64,000 bases of DNA from Octopus sinensis (lineage: Eukaryota): NCBI RefSeq assembly GCF_006345805.1, contig NC_043003.1, positions 103,664,001 to 103,728,000 on the forward strand, in the 5' to 3' direction. A program made the position numbers and the translations under genes. This document shows positions 1 to 11,868 of this stretch, one piece after another. Each line of letters opens with the position of its first letter. The first letter of the stretch is position 1. The notes beneath the pieces are model-generated. The model saw nothing but the letters and a program-made list of their open reading frames with translations, did no database searches and was not told the origin of the DNA.

Positions 1-821
1 GGCCCCTCATGCAGCAAGAAGTGCCCCAACAGCTCGTGTCGGTTCCTGTATTGCCTGCACATTCAAATCCCTACCCAATCGACTCCAGAGGTTCTCAATA
101 GGGTTCAGGTCACGGTGACTGGCCAGCACGTACTCCTCGCCACCAAAGAGGTATCCCGTACTATCTCAACGTACTTTGCTGCGTTGATGTTGCCTTCGAC
201 GGCATAGAGCCGCCCAACACCACTGTAGCTGAACGCCCCTCACACCATCAGACCACCCCCACCATGCTTCATGGTGAGAGCAATGCAGTCTTTGTTGAAG
301 CGCTCACCCCTGCGGCATCGCACATGGACAGGCTTGTCACTGACGAGACTGAATCGCGACTCGTCAGTGAACATCACTGTCCACCACTGCTGCACGGTCC
401 ATGTCTTGTGGGCACGGGCCCAGAGCAGCCGCCTCTTCCAGTTTTGGGCTGTAAGGAGCGGCTTATGGGCGGCCCTACAGGATTTTAGACCAGCTTCCAG
501 TAATCTGGTCTTGACGGTGGTTGTAGACAACTGCTTCCCTGTCATCTTTTGCATCTCCTCCGCCAGTTGCCGGCTCGTTGCCCTTCGGTTGTACAGCGAC
601 TTTCGGATCAGCAACCGGTCCTCCCGCTGGGTCGTCAGCCTCTTCCGTCCCCTACCCTTTTTGTCAGCTGCTGATCCGGTTTCCTCGTATTTCTTAAATA
701 AGCACTGAATTGTGCGCCTGGCTACACCAAGTTTTCTGGCTATTGCAGCCTCCGACAGCTTCCCACGCCACGAGAAAGCCTCGTACCGTCTCTCCAAGGT
801 CATGCGAGGTCTTGGGCCCAT
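1..821 (-). pseudogene. Tc1 transposase pseudogene
   Basis: ORF 821..240 has a paired-like HTH, GRKR, MFTDESRF (first catalytic D) and KHGGGGLMV, then TGA in place of W. The downstream frame reads GAFSYSGVGRL and a frameshifted WPSHRDLNPIENLW; the second-D region appears deleted. Confidence 0.9.
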
Positions 822-1373
822 CTAGGAATGAACATTAAAAACCAGTTATTTTCATTAAAACTATTCATTTGAATAATGTTATGGTATAACAAAACTGCTA
901 TGAGTTATTATTCATTAAACAAAAAAGAAAGAAAGCAGAATTTCTCACCTTCTTTGATGTATAACAGAAAGTTTTGTGAACCAGAAGTGACGTCATCAAG
1001 CAGAGTGTAGGAGAATTTGTGAGGAAAAAAAATCTTGCAAATACACAAATCAATTAACCTACGAGCTGTTCAAAACGTCTTACGCGATGAGAAAACTTAG
1101 TACGGTGTGATTTCGGTCCTTGCGAGGCGCTACCTATATCTATTAAACAAAGGAAGATTTGTCTGCATCCGCACTCCAAGTTGTTGTTGCACTGCTATGT
1201 CAACATCATTAGGCTGTAGACTCTCAAACTGCTCTGCAAACAAAGTTACGTCATCGTTCTGCGCAACAGTGAACTCACAACAAAGCAATAGTTCGAGATA
1301 TGGCCACTAGGTGACAGCAAATACCTTGAGTGAAGAGAAAATCAAGGGTGCTAATTAATTTCTGACAGTAGTG
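1..1373 (-). mobile_element. Tc1-like DNA transposon, runs off the window start
   Basis: Minus-strand terminus TA|CACTACTGTCAGAAATTAATTAGCACCC at 1373, with TA at 1374-1375 inside a (TA)n tract; contains a Tc1 transposase ORF. Confidence 0.85.
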
Positions 1374-1807
1374 TATATGTATATATATATGTATATATAT
1401 ATATATATGTATGTATGTATGTATATATATGTATGTATGTATGTATATATATATATATGTATGTATGTATATATATATATGTATGTATATATGTATATAT
1501 ATATGTATGTATGTATATATATATATATGTATGTATGTTATATATATATGTATGTATGTATGTATATATATATATGTATGTATGTATATGTTATATATAT
1601 GTATGTATGTATTATATGTATATATAATGTATGTATGTATATATATATGTATGTATGTATATATATATATATGTATGTATATATGTATATATATATGTAT
1701 GTATATATGTATATATATATATATGTATGTATATATGTATATATATATATGTATGTATATATGTATATATATATATGTATGTATATATGTATATATATAT
1801 ATGTATG

Positions 1808-1840
<33 letters not shown>

Positions 1841-1975
1841 GTATGTATGTATATATATGTATGTATGTATATATATATATGTATGTATGTGTATATATAT
1901 ATATATATGTATGTATGTATGTATATATATATGTATGTATGTATATATATATATATGTATGTATATATATATATG

Positions 1976-2017
<42 letters not shown>

Positions 2018-2022
2018 TATAT
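1374..2022. repeat. Compound (TA)n/(TATG)n microsatellite
   Basis: Directly visible. Confidence 0.98.
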
Positions 2023-2157
2023 ACACAAAAGTAAATAGAGTAGAAAACTTGAAGAATGCTGTGTAAAGCTTGACCACAGATATTGGCTACCTGATGTCAT
2101 CATACAGTAGAAATGCACATGTTACTAGATTTACTTCAGGGATTCCACAGTGTACAT

Positions 2158-2423
2158 ATCATCATCGTTTAACGTCCGCTTTCCATGCTAGCATGGGTTG
2201 GACGATTTTGACTGAGGGCTGGTGAACCAGATGGCTGCACCAGGCTCCAATCTTGATTTGGCAGAGTTTCTACAGCTGGATGCCCTTCCTAACGCCAACC
2301 ATTCAGAGAGTGTAGTGGGTGCTTTTTTACGTGCCACCGGCATGGGGGCCAGTCAGGCGGTGCTGGCAACGACCTCGCTCGAATCCTTTTACACATGCCA
2401 TCAGCACAGGTGCCAGTAAGGTG
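2158..2423 (-). mobile_element. RTE LINE 3' UTR fragment with (GAT)n tail
   Basis: Same 3' UTR and tail as the ORF-bearing RTE copies at 22.4, 54.3, 60.4 and 62.0 kb. Confidence 0.85.
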
Positions 2424-2642
2424 CCGCAAAGCCATTAAAAAATCAATAGAAGTGACTTTTTTGTGAATTTTCTATGCAAAACCCAATCAAAATGCCTGAA
2501 ACTTGATACGCCAATTGAATGCCAGCTAGCTGTATGTGATTGGTCGGAGATTTGGACAGTACTCGCGAGTATGTGCCCACGCACGCAGCTATATATGCAT
2601 GCACTAGCACTATGACCCGGCAACGCCGGGTTATAGTGCTAG
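2424..2642 (+). mobile_element. Non-autonomous Helitron, 3' part
   Basis: Ends in hairpin ACTAGCACTATGACCCGG-caacg-CCGGGTTATAGTGCTAG|T; homologous to 33245-33438. Confidence 0.75.
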
Positions 2643-3264
2643 TATACGTTAAAACATCATTGCAATTTTTTTTTTTTTTAGTCTGGCGCTTGGGTATCTT
2701 GATTTTCGTAATTTGTTTTACATTTTTTACTTGCTGTTGGTTGCTCAATATATCGAGTAAGGCTGGTAGCATTTACTTTCTTTTCTAGTACTTTATTGTT
2801 ATTTGAAAGTCGATAGGTATTTTTGCCACAAACTTCTGCGGTAGTGAAAGGGCCTGTGTGGCGTTCTGTAAAATGCCCTCCTTTTCTGTCCTCTCGAATT
2901 AGGTTTTTGAGCAGAACTTTATTTCCTATACTGAACTGCTGTTGCTTGTGTTTTCTATCGTATTATTCTTTTCGAACGGACTGAGCTATTCTAATATTGG
3001 AGGTAACTCGAGAAATCATATTGTCCCGAATAGCTGCCATAACCTCAATTTTTCTGGATATAGATCGATCGTTTCCAAAACCGTCTCGATCTTTGGCTGT
3101 TAGATTGTGCTGTAGTTCAACTAGAAGTGTAGTTTGCCAGTCTTTTTTATTTACATTACTTTCACTTTCATTTACAAATGTACATTACGCATACTCACAC
3201 ATAATAAACATCAATACATATATTTAATGGGTTCACTCATTATCTCCCTTGATACAAACTTCTC

Positions 3265-4554
3265 GTGAGTTAGCAAGAAAGTAATTTCGTTTTTTACAAA
3301 TAGAGTTACGAGTTGTTTTAATGACTTTTGTCAATGTTATGATTTTTTTTCCTTTTGACATTTGATAGCCGTTACTTTTAGCTTACTTTAGAAGCAAATT
3401 GCGCGTAATTTTGTTTACAGCTGTTAGTTCAGTGTCAATTTTAACATGGAGTGCAAAAACGAACATTTTCGCCATGATTTGCTTTTTTATTTCCGTAGAG
3501 GCAAGAAAGCTGTTGGGGCTAACAAAGAGATATGTGAAATTTATAGTGCTGATTGCTTAACAGAATGCACCTGTCAGAAATGGTTTTAAATATTCCGTTC
3601 TGGAAATTTTTCACTCAAAGGTGACCAACGTTCTGGGCGACCTACTGAAATTGATGACGACCGAATCAAAGCCGTAATTAAATCTGATACTCATAAAACT
3701 GTGCGAGAGATTGCAGAGAGGTTAAATGTATCACACACAACAATTGAAAATCACTTAAAATGTCTTGGACTCGTTAAGAAGCTCCGTTATTTGGGTTCTA
3801 CATAAATTGAAAAGGATTCACTTAACACAACGAATCAATATTTGCAATGTGCATTTCAAACGTAATGAAATCAACCTTTTTTTTTTTTGAAACGAATCAT
3901 CACTGGTGATGAAAAATGGATTGTCTACAATAACCTCAATCAAAAACGATCATGGTCCAAGCGTAATGAACCAGCACAAACCACATCGAATGCTGAACTG
4001 CCCGAAAAAAAGGTCATGCTGTCAATTTGGTGGGATTACAATGGTATTTTGTATTTTGAGCTGCTTCCAAGGAACCAAACAATCATTTAGGTGTTTACTG
4101 TCAACAACTAATGAAACTGGAGGAAGCAATCAAAGAAAAATGGCCATAATTGGCAAATCATGAAGGAATCGTGTTCCACCATGATAACACTAGACCATAC
4201 ATGTCTTTGCTAACTCATGAAAAAGTATTGGAGCTTAGTTGGGAAGTGATGTCACATCCACCAAATAGCCCTGACCTTGCACCATCAGATTACTATTTAT
4301 TTCGAAGTTTTCAAAATTCTTTGAGTGGTAAAACTTTCAATAATGATGATGACCTGAAATCACACTTGCTTCAGTTTTTGGCTGATAAGGACCAGAAGTT
4401 CTGTGAGCGCGGAATCATGAAGTTGCTAGAAAAATGGCAAAAGGTATCGAACAAAATGGAAAATATATTGTGGATTAAAGTTCCTTCTTTGTAAGAAAAA
4501 AAATTGACTTTTATTCCACACTAAAAAACTGAAATTACTTTCTTACCAACCTAA
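3265..4554 (+). mobile_element. Full-length (~1.29 kb) decayed mariner element
   Basis: Right TIR GAAATTACTTTCTTACCAACCTAA followed by TA; left TIR matches at 19/24 nt. Confidence 0.9.
3446..4478 (+). pseudogene. Mariner DD34D transposase pseudogene
   Basis: MECKNEHFRH start, WVLHKL, ITGDEKW, HHDNTRP, SPDLAPSDYYLFRS; several frameshifts and stops. Confidence 0.92.
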
Positions 4555-5042
4555 TATTATTAATTATACTTTTTAGTAATTATACTTGTAAGTTACAGAA
4601 GAAAATGATGATGATGATAATAAACATAATAATGATTCTCCTCTTTATTATCACGGTGACGAACATTTGGGGAAGGATTTTAGGCGGTGGGGGGTCATCT
4701 GAAACCGTAGGGGGTAACTTGAAATCGATTTCAAATTATCCCCGGTGGTAATTTGAAAGCGATTTCAAGTTACCGGGGCGGGGGGAGGGTTAATCTCAAT
4801 GGGAGGTAATCTGAAATCGCTATACCAGTACTAAATGATCCACGACTCCTGGATTAAAGCATAAACGATCGCAATGAATCGAAAGGGGTTGTATCATTAA
4901 TATTCACAAAGTGATCTCAGACTTGAGCTCGATGCTGTTGTCAACCTCGAGAGGTTTCAACGCATCTACCTAATTTCAAGATCCGATAGAATTATCTGCA
5001 AAATCTCAATTCACATTCTGCCATCGTTAAAAGAAGGGGAAG

Positions 5043-5080
<38 letters not shown>

Positions 5081-5084
<4 letters not shown>

Positions 5085-5276
5085 AGAGTTAACGAAAAAA
5101 AACAAACCAAGGACGAAGACAGGTGGTGTACAAAACAAACAGATGTATTAGTATAACGCTCAGGAATAGAAAAAGTCTTTTACATTTCGAACCTACGCTC
5201 TTCTACAGAAAGAGACAGAGAAAAAACAAAGAGAGAAAAAAATATGTGTAGTGGCTAACTATCTATCATGGCGACT
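5081..5276 (-). mobile_element. PLE-derived short repeat; family also at 25.7-26.3, 45.0 and 53.8 kb
   Basis: Reverse complement of the AAGAGCGTAGGCTCGAAACGTAAAAGAC unit; PLE origin inferred from the hammerhead-like motif. Confidence 0.6.
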
Positions 5277-5326
5277 ATATATATATATATATATACACAC
5301 GCACACATATATATATATATATATAT

Positions 5327-5540
5327 ACTTTTCTACTCTAGGCACAAGCCCGAAATGTTGGGGGAGAAGGCCAGTCGATTAGATCGACCCCAGTACGCAA
5401 CTGGTAACTAATTTATCGACCCCGAAAGGATGAAAAGCAAAGTCAACCTCGGCAGAATTTGAACTCAGAACATACAGACAGACGAAATACCGCTAAGCAT
5501 TTCGCCTGGCGTGCTAACGTTTCTGCCAGCTCGCCGCCTT
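5327..5540 (-). mobile_element. SINE family B (AAGGCGGCGAGCTGGCAGAA head)
   Basis: Reverse complement of the copies at 8265 and 53277. Confidence 0.8.
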
Positions 5541-5614
5541 ACACAAACATATATATAGTCCCACCTATGCTAACATGGAATGCGGACGTTAAACGATGAT
5601 GATGATGATTATGA

Positions 5615-5615
5615 T

Positions 5616-5695
<80 letters not shown>
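5615..5695. repeat. (GATA)n microsatellite
   Basis: Directly visible. Confidence 0.97.
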
Positions 5696-5696
<1 letters not shown>

Positions 5697-7326
5697 GCAG
5701 ACAGACAGATGGGCGTGCGTGCGTAGCGTTATAAAAAATCACTAATAACTAATCTGGCACAAGAATTTCGACACCTAAGTGTCGAAATTCTTGTGATATT
5801 TGGTTTATAACTGATGGGGGGATTTGGTCTTGTCCGTATTTATTATGTGTATGTTTTACTCGTATTCCGTAGTTCCCCTGTGTTAAATATAGATGTGTGC
5901 GCGTGCATGCGTGCGTACGTGCTAATTGGTTTGGATCATGCCAATCATGGCTATTAACTCGATAGTTTCCAGCATGTAATTGGCTACCGGTTTGCACTGT
6001 AGAAACATTGATAATTAAATTAATCAATTAATAATTTACCCATTTTATCATTTTGTTATAACATTGAGAACGATTATGTAACGATATTAGTTACCCCACA
6101 ACTCCAATCCCAGTAGTTGCATTAGTTACGTATGTAATGTGGGAAAGAAATAAAAGGAGATAAATAGGCAATATCAGTTTAATCGGAAAATCTTAGGGGG
6201 TAATTTTTTCCCACTATAGATGAAATCGACTGATAGACTGATCTAAATGGATCTGGTTTTTTAAAATCCAGAAACCATCTAGTAAAAACAACAGCCTTCA
6301 TCATCTTACGCTCGCTTTGCACGGGTTGGATGGGTTGTCATGGTCCGAGATGGTTCTTATCTATAGCTACAGCTCTCCTAGTTAGTCGCAGGTCCTCATC
6401 CCGTTTCTACATCTGATTTTGACATAGTTATTTGGCCAGACGCCCTTCCTTACACCAGCTACTTCGAAACAGTGTTCTGGGTGCATTTTATTATGGCATC
6501 CGTATTAGTGCGATTGTCATGTTCTCAGTAATGGTAAAGAGTCCTCTTGACCTGATGTTGTCTCTATTCGTTCACCAACCATTTTACAGAGTGTACTGGG
6601 TATATTTTATGATGGCAGTCCATACCGTTTATGGTAACGTGGCTAAAAAGGGGGATAGAAAAGAGGGTGATAACAGATGAACAAGAGCGAGAGGTTGGAA
6701 GAAGTAAGGATACAATGTGCTGAGTGTTCGAGAAAGAGTTAATGGAAGAAAGAGTACTTACAAGAGTAATGGGGGAGAGACAACAATATTACAGAGAATG
6801 ATGTGAGAGAGACAGTAATAGCAGATATATGTTTTCTGGTAAGAAAGGATGCGAAATTAAACATGGATGGAGCCGGGACACTCCTCGTTAAACAGTCGCC
6901 AAGATATAGTAATATAGAAGGGGGTGGGGCAGAGGATGAGCAGTAGAGAGATGAGGGTGTGTTGGAAAGTCGGTGAGGATTGCTGACGACAATTTGATGA
7001 AGCAAAATGGTTGAGAGACCCAAATCTAGATATATATTATACATCCAAGCTTTTTGTCATTACCACCATTTTGATGTTCGTTTCTTTATGCCTTCATGGT
7101 GAGACTGGTTTCCAGGACTGCATCGGTCGTTGCTGTCCTTCGTCATTTCTTTTGTAGGCTCAGTATCTTAAGTCTCTACTACTTCGTCTTTCACATGTTC
7201 CTTCCATTTTCAACATTCAACACTTCTTTATATAACTATCCTTCACATAGTTATCCTTTCTTGTACACTACATCCGATTCCTCTCATATTCAGGTTTTCC
7301 ATCTCATTTGTACTCTAACTCATCCA

Positions 7327-7426
7327 NNNNNNNNNNNNNNNNNNNNNNNNNNNNNNNNNNNNNNNNNNNNNNNNNNNNNNNNNNNNNNNNNNNNNNNNNN
7401 NNNNNNNNNNNNNNNNNNNNNNNNNN
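7327..7426. other. Assembly gap (100 N)
   Basis: Run of N. Confidence 0.99.
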
Positions 7427-7682
7427 CACATTTATGTGCTTACTCCGGTATCTATATATATATTATTTTAAAGGAATTAATTCCCCAAAATACTAGGTAT
7501 TGAACCAGTATTTCCTTGGATGAAACTATCCTTTCATGAAGTTAACACAACCTCTAATCGAATACACACACACACATATAAGAAAAAGATAGACGAAACA
7601 TTGGGCCCTTGAGTCACATATGTAACTTTACAATTAACTGTCTACCTGTCTATTTGAAGTGTCTTTTAGACCATTTGTCAGG

Positions 7683-7713
<31 letters not shown>

Positions 7714-7719
7714 CTCTAT

Positions 7720-7796
<77 letters not shown>

Positions 7797-8163
7797 CCTC
7801 TCCCTTTATATATATATATCTGTGTATGTGAGGTGTATGTATTATATTCTTTAAAACCGTTAAGGCACATGAGTGATTCGTGGGTCTGGAGCCTCGTACC
7901 AGAGCACTTACCAAATTTGGGTAAATGCTCAGGTACGAAACTCTAGGCTCCTGCATTATTGACGGTGCTTGTATATATGTATGCATGCATGCATGTATGT
8001 ATGTACTCATGCGGGCACGCGAGTGCAAAACAAGGAGAAAATTGCACTCGAATATCAAAAGTTGAGTAAAATATTGGCATTTTATTGTAGCTGTTACATA
8101 AAACACTAGGTAACAGTTTGTGAAGTTTTTCCAACTACCAATAAAACATCATATATATATAAA

Positions 8164-8264
8164 GTAAAGATTATTTGCCAACATAATGTGACAGTACCGG
8201 TTGGGATGAATGTTACTGTTGTTCCAACCGGGACAACCACATTATGTTGGCAAATAATCTTTAC
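8164..8264. mobile_element. Short hairpin MITE-like element
   Basis: 27-bp perfect inverted termini GTAAAGATTATTTGCCAACATAATGTG plus an inner CCGGTTGG/CCAACCGG pair. Confidence 0.6.
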
Positions 8265-8662
8265 AAGGCGGCGAGCTGGCAGAAACGTTAGCACGCCGGA
8301 CGAAATGCGTAGTCGTATTTCGTCTGCCGTTATGTTCTCAGTTCAAATTCTGCCAAGGTCGACTTTACCTTTCATCCTTTCGGGGTCGATAAATTAAGTA
8401 CCAGTTACGCACTGAGGTCGATGTAATCGACTCAATCCCGTGTTTGTCCCCTCTATATTTAGCCCCTTGTGGACAATAAAGAAACAGATATTTCGTCTGT
8501 CTCTACGTTCTGAGTTCAAATTCTGCCGAGGTCAACTTTGTCTTTCATCCTTTCGGGGTCGATAAATTAAGTATTAGGTACGCACTGAGGTCGATGTAAT
8601 CGACTTAATCCCTTGTTTGTCCCCTCTATATTTAGCCCCTTGTGGGCAATAAAGAAATAAAA
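8265..8662 (+). mobile_element. SINE family B with tandem-duplicated 3' half
   Basis: Head GGCGGCGAGCTGGCAGAAACG; body TTCATCCTTTCGGGGTCGATAAATTAAG present twice. Confidence 0.8.
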
Positions 8663-8772
8663 ATAATCTTTACTGTTACTGTATGTTTTTCAGTGAGAGA
8701 TTTAGAAATAATAGTTTCTACCATGTGTGTGTGTATTGTTGGGTTGTACAATAACTCTGCCAAACTTTCTAT

Positions 8773-9157
8773 TACTCTTTTACTTGTTTCAGTCGACTGT
8801 GGCCATGCTGGAGCATCGCCTTTTTTTTTAGTCCAGCAAATCGATCCCAGGACTTATTCTTTGTAAGCCTAGTACTTATTCTATCGGTCTCTTTTGCCGA
8901 ACCGCTAGGTTACGGGGACGTAAACACACCAGCATCGGTTGTCAAGCGATGTTGGGGGGACAAACACAGACACAAACATAACACACACATACATATATAC
9001 GACAGGCTTCTTTCAGTTTCCGTCTACCAAATCCACTCACAAGGCTTTGGTTGGCCCGAGGCTATAGTAGAAGACACTTGCCCAAGGTGCCACGCAGTGG
9101 GACTGAACTCGGAACCAAGTGGTTGGTAAGCAAGCTACTTACCACACAGCCACTCCT
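8773..9157 (-). mobile_element. tRNA-derived SINE family A
   Basis: Reverse complement of 19026-19394. Confidence 0.85.
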
Positions 9158-10186
9158 AGATTACTTCCTTTTTTCTTGTATTTTACAAAAAGGTCGGTGG
9201 GGTTGCCATGAGAATTAAGAAACATCTTCATTGGCAACATTGCGGCATAGATGTTCCCCTAGTCTATTGAACGGCTCTCGATAAGTTGACCAGTTGCTAT
9301 ATTGATGACGGCCTCAGCGTCACCATATTCACTGAACAGCAAGAATTGATATCTTCATCTCTTGCCCTAACTCATTTCGCTATGTCCCGGAATCCATCTT
9401 TATCTTATTTAACATCCCCACCGGCTTTCTAGATATCCCCGTCATTGTCGGCAACATCCACCTGCCCGCTGTCTCCAACTTACATTTCTGTTACTACATT
9501 TCTAATACTCTTTTTCACTCCATTCACACTAAATGTACTCTCCCATTCCGTAAGCTCTTCCCTCTCCACTACCCTTTCTCTCCTTAAAAAAAGGTGAAAA
9601 TTTCTGTAGCTTTTTACCTGGCATCTCTACATTAGTAATGCTACAACTATTACCGGCCCCAAATTCCTTTACTGAATTAAATTCTTTTACCGCGAGCGTC
9701 GTTCTCCAATACCCTCTGGGTCAATACGTAACTCACCATTTCAACAGATCTTATCATTTCATTAACCACCTCTTGTTGTCCAGTATATTTCCCACATAGG
9801 ACATCTCACTCCAGGAAACACTAAGAACTTAGTATACGCAATTGAACAGTATTAAATTAAAATCGCCATCTGAATATCATACTAAACATAAACACACCTT
9901 CAGAAAGCATGAAATTATGGATTTATTTAACATAAAATATCGGGGCGAGACGAACATTGTCGCTGTAGTGGCTCACGAGAATAGCAGACATGTTTCGCCT
10001 TTATTGAGGCTTGTCAATGCTGCACATCCGATTGTCACCAGCTTAAACGATATTCGTGTGGAAAAACTTCCTCGCCTCCCCACATTTTCTCCCCGTTTTC
10101 GGATACAGAGATTCCAGAAAATTGCCAAAAATTGGCATTTTGAAATTCCGGCCCCCCCCAATTTCTTCATTTTTCACTTTTTTCCG

Positions 10187-10250
10187 TAACCCTAACCCTA
10201 AAACCGTAGCCCTAACCCTAATCCTAAAACCTTAACCCTAAAACCCTAAC
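10187..10250. repeat. Degenerate (TAACCC)n telomere-like tract inside a dispersed repeat
   Basis: Visible; flank 10060-10150 is homologous (reverse) to 17380-17520. Confidence 0.6.
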
Positions 10251-10672
10251 GGTAACTACAAACATTTTTGGAAGTCTTTTTCAGAATCATTATCTCCGTA
10301 TTTTTCCGCATATTTTGAAAAACAATTTCTGAAAAATGAAGATATTAGGAGTGGGGCAAGGGGTAATTTCAAAATACCGATTTTTGCTAATTTTTTTTTT
10401 GCAGATTCGTATTCTCCGTAGAAAAAAAAAATAAATTAAAAAAATAAAAAAATAAAATTTTAAAAAAGGGTGTACAAAAGGAAGTCTTGCCATTCGTATC
10501 CCGATATATTGGAAATTGTGTGTAAAATATTCACTAGTATTGCGGAAGCTTGCCGTGCTTCTCCGAGGACTGAATGAACTTTTTTCTTTCTCGTCTCTCT
10601 AATCCATCCCTCACCTACTTTTATGCATGTGCATTATGGAAAATGTCTTTATAAGAATGTTAATGTTTTACG

Positions 10673-11029
10673 GAGATGTACTTGCATAGCAAGTGACCTG
10701 ATCTGAGATCGTGTGCTGGAACGAAAACAATTGCAGCATGGAAGGTGTTTATAAGCCATTTAAGAAACACACAAAAACCGTTAGATTCACTTCAACATTT
10801 AAATTTAATTTGTCAAAATATTTCCATCGCTTTGGGACCGCGACCTGTTCACTGACAAAACTTCGGGATGCATCCCGAAGTTTTGATGCTGCACGAAGTT
10901 TTGTCAGTGAACAGGTCGCAGTCCCAAAGCGACGAAAATATTTTGACAAATTAAATTTAAATGTTGAAGAGAATCTAACGGTTTTTGAGAGTTTCTTAAA
11001 TGGCTTATAAACACTTTCCACGCTGCAAT
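10673..11029. mobile_element. Fold-back element flanked by a 15-bp direct repeat
   Basis: Arms ~10726-10865 and ~10894-11033; TGTTAATGTTTTACG at 10658-10672 and 11030-11044. Confidence 0.75.
10900..10950 (+). ncRNA. Candidate type I hammerhead with G3:C8-swapped core
   Basis: TTTGTCA-GTGAACA-G-GTCGC[agtcccaaa]GCGAC-GAAA-ATAT-TT-TGACAAA. Confidence 0.5.
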
Positions 11030-11596
11030 TGTTAATGTTTTACGTTTATTTTATTTGTTATTTTTGATATTATTGTGTATGTATGCACTTAGGAAACTAT
11101 ATGCGAGTTGGTGTCACAGTTTCCATTGTCCTTATGTAACATGTCCTCAAATATATGTGTACGTGCTTATGCTTCTAAGTATATTTATATGTATTCTCAT
11201 GTGTGTAGCTTCTCATTGCGATCACTCTTCTGGCCATCAACAACACCCCTGCTTCTGTAAACTGGACATTCCTTCACGTTGTAGCGCTTCTCTTTTCTTA
11301 TTCTCTTTCCATCTCATCCACTTCTCAGTTTTTATTATATGCTCTCTCTCTCTCTCTCTCTCTCATTATTTTTTCCTCTTCAATTCCTTCCTCCTGCGCA
11401 TGCACAACTACTAACTCTGTTATGTCCTGTTATTCTCCACTACATCCAAACTATCTTCGACTTTCACGAAAGTGCACTTTGTCTAAAACCTTTCCTACTC
11501 TTCTCTCTACATCATACAAACTTTGCCCCCACTCACTCACACACTCTCTCTCTCTCTCTCTCTCTCGTTCGACATTTACGTATATATATAAATATA

Positions 11597-11868
11597 GTTG
11601 TATTTCGGAATGGTCATTTTGCCAGTTTAGCCAATAAAAACACACGCACTATATATTTGGTGTTACTTTGCTTCAATGTTATTTATTTTTTACATTAATC
11701 TTAATCTTATTTTGGCCAGAGTTGTTTCGTCACACTCCTGTGACCGCATCAGTGGTCCTTTGCTTTCTTCTTTCTTATTTGTGTCTCTCCTTACTAACCG
11801 TCAGCCATATATATAGTGCGTGTGTTCTTATTGGCTAAACTGGCAAAATGACCATTCCGAAATACAAC
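11597..11868 (-). mobile_element. Short element with ~60-bp inverted termini and an internal hammerhead-like motif
   Basis: Arms 11597-11656 and 11809-11868; motif at 11714-11758. Confidence 0.65.

Noticed and set aside
1275-2118. Long Y/I/M/H-rich ORFs here and at 20.6, 24.4-25.7, 28.8-30.1, 42.9, 50.5 and 53.9 kb
   Set aside because: Translations of stop-poor (TA)n, (TATG)n and (CA)n microsatellites.
7096-7503. ORFs spanning the N run
   Set aside because: Artefact of the assembly gap.
9195-9830. Possible AP-endonuclease motifs (+) and a WIPGHS RNase H-like motif (-)
   Set aside because: Short motifs on opposite strands without a continuous frame; too decayed to call.
10187-10250. Telomere or chromosome-fusion site
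   Set aside because: Short, degenerate and embedded in a dispersed repeat; a similar tract lies inside the 13.5 kb MITE.
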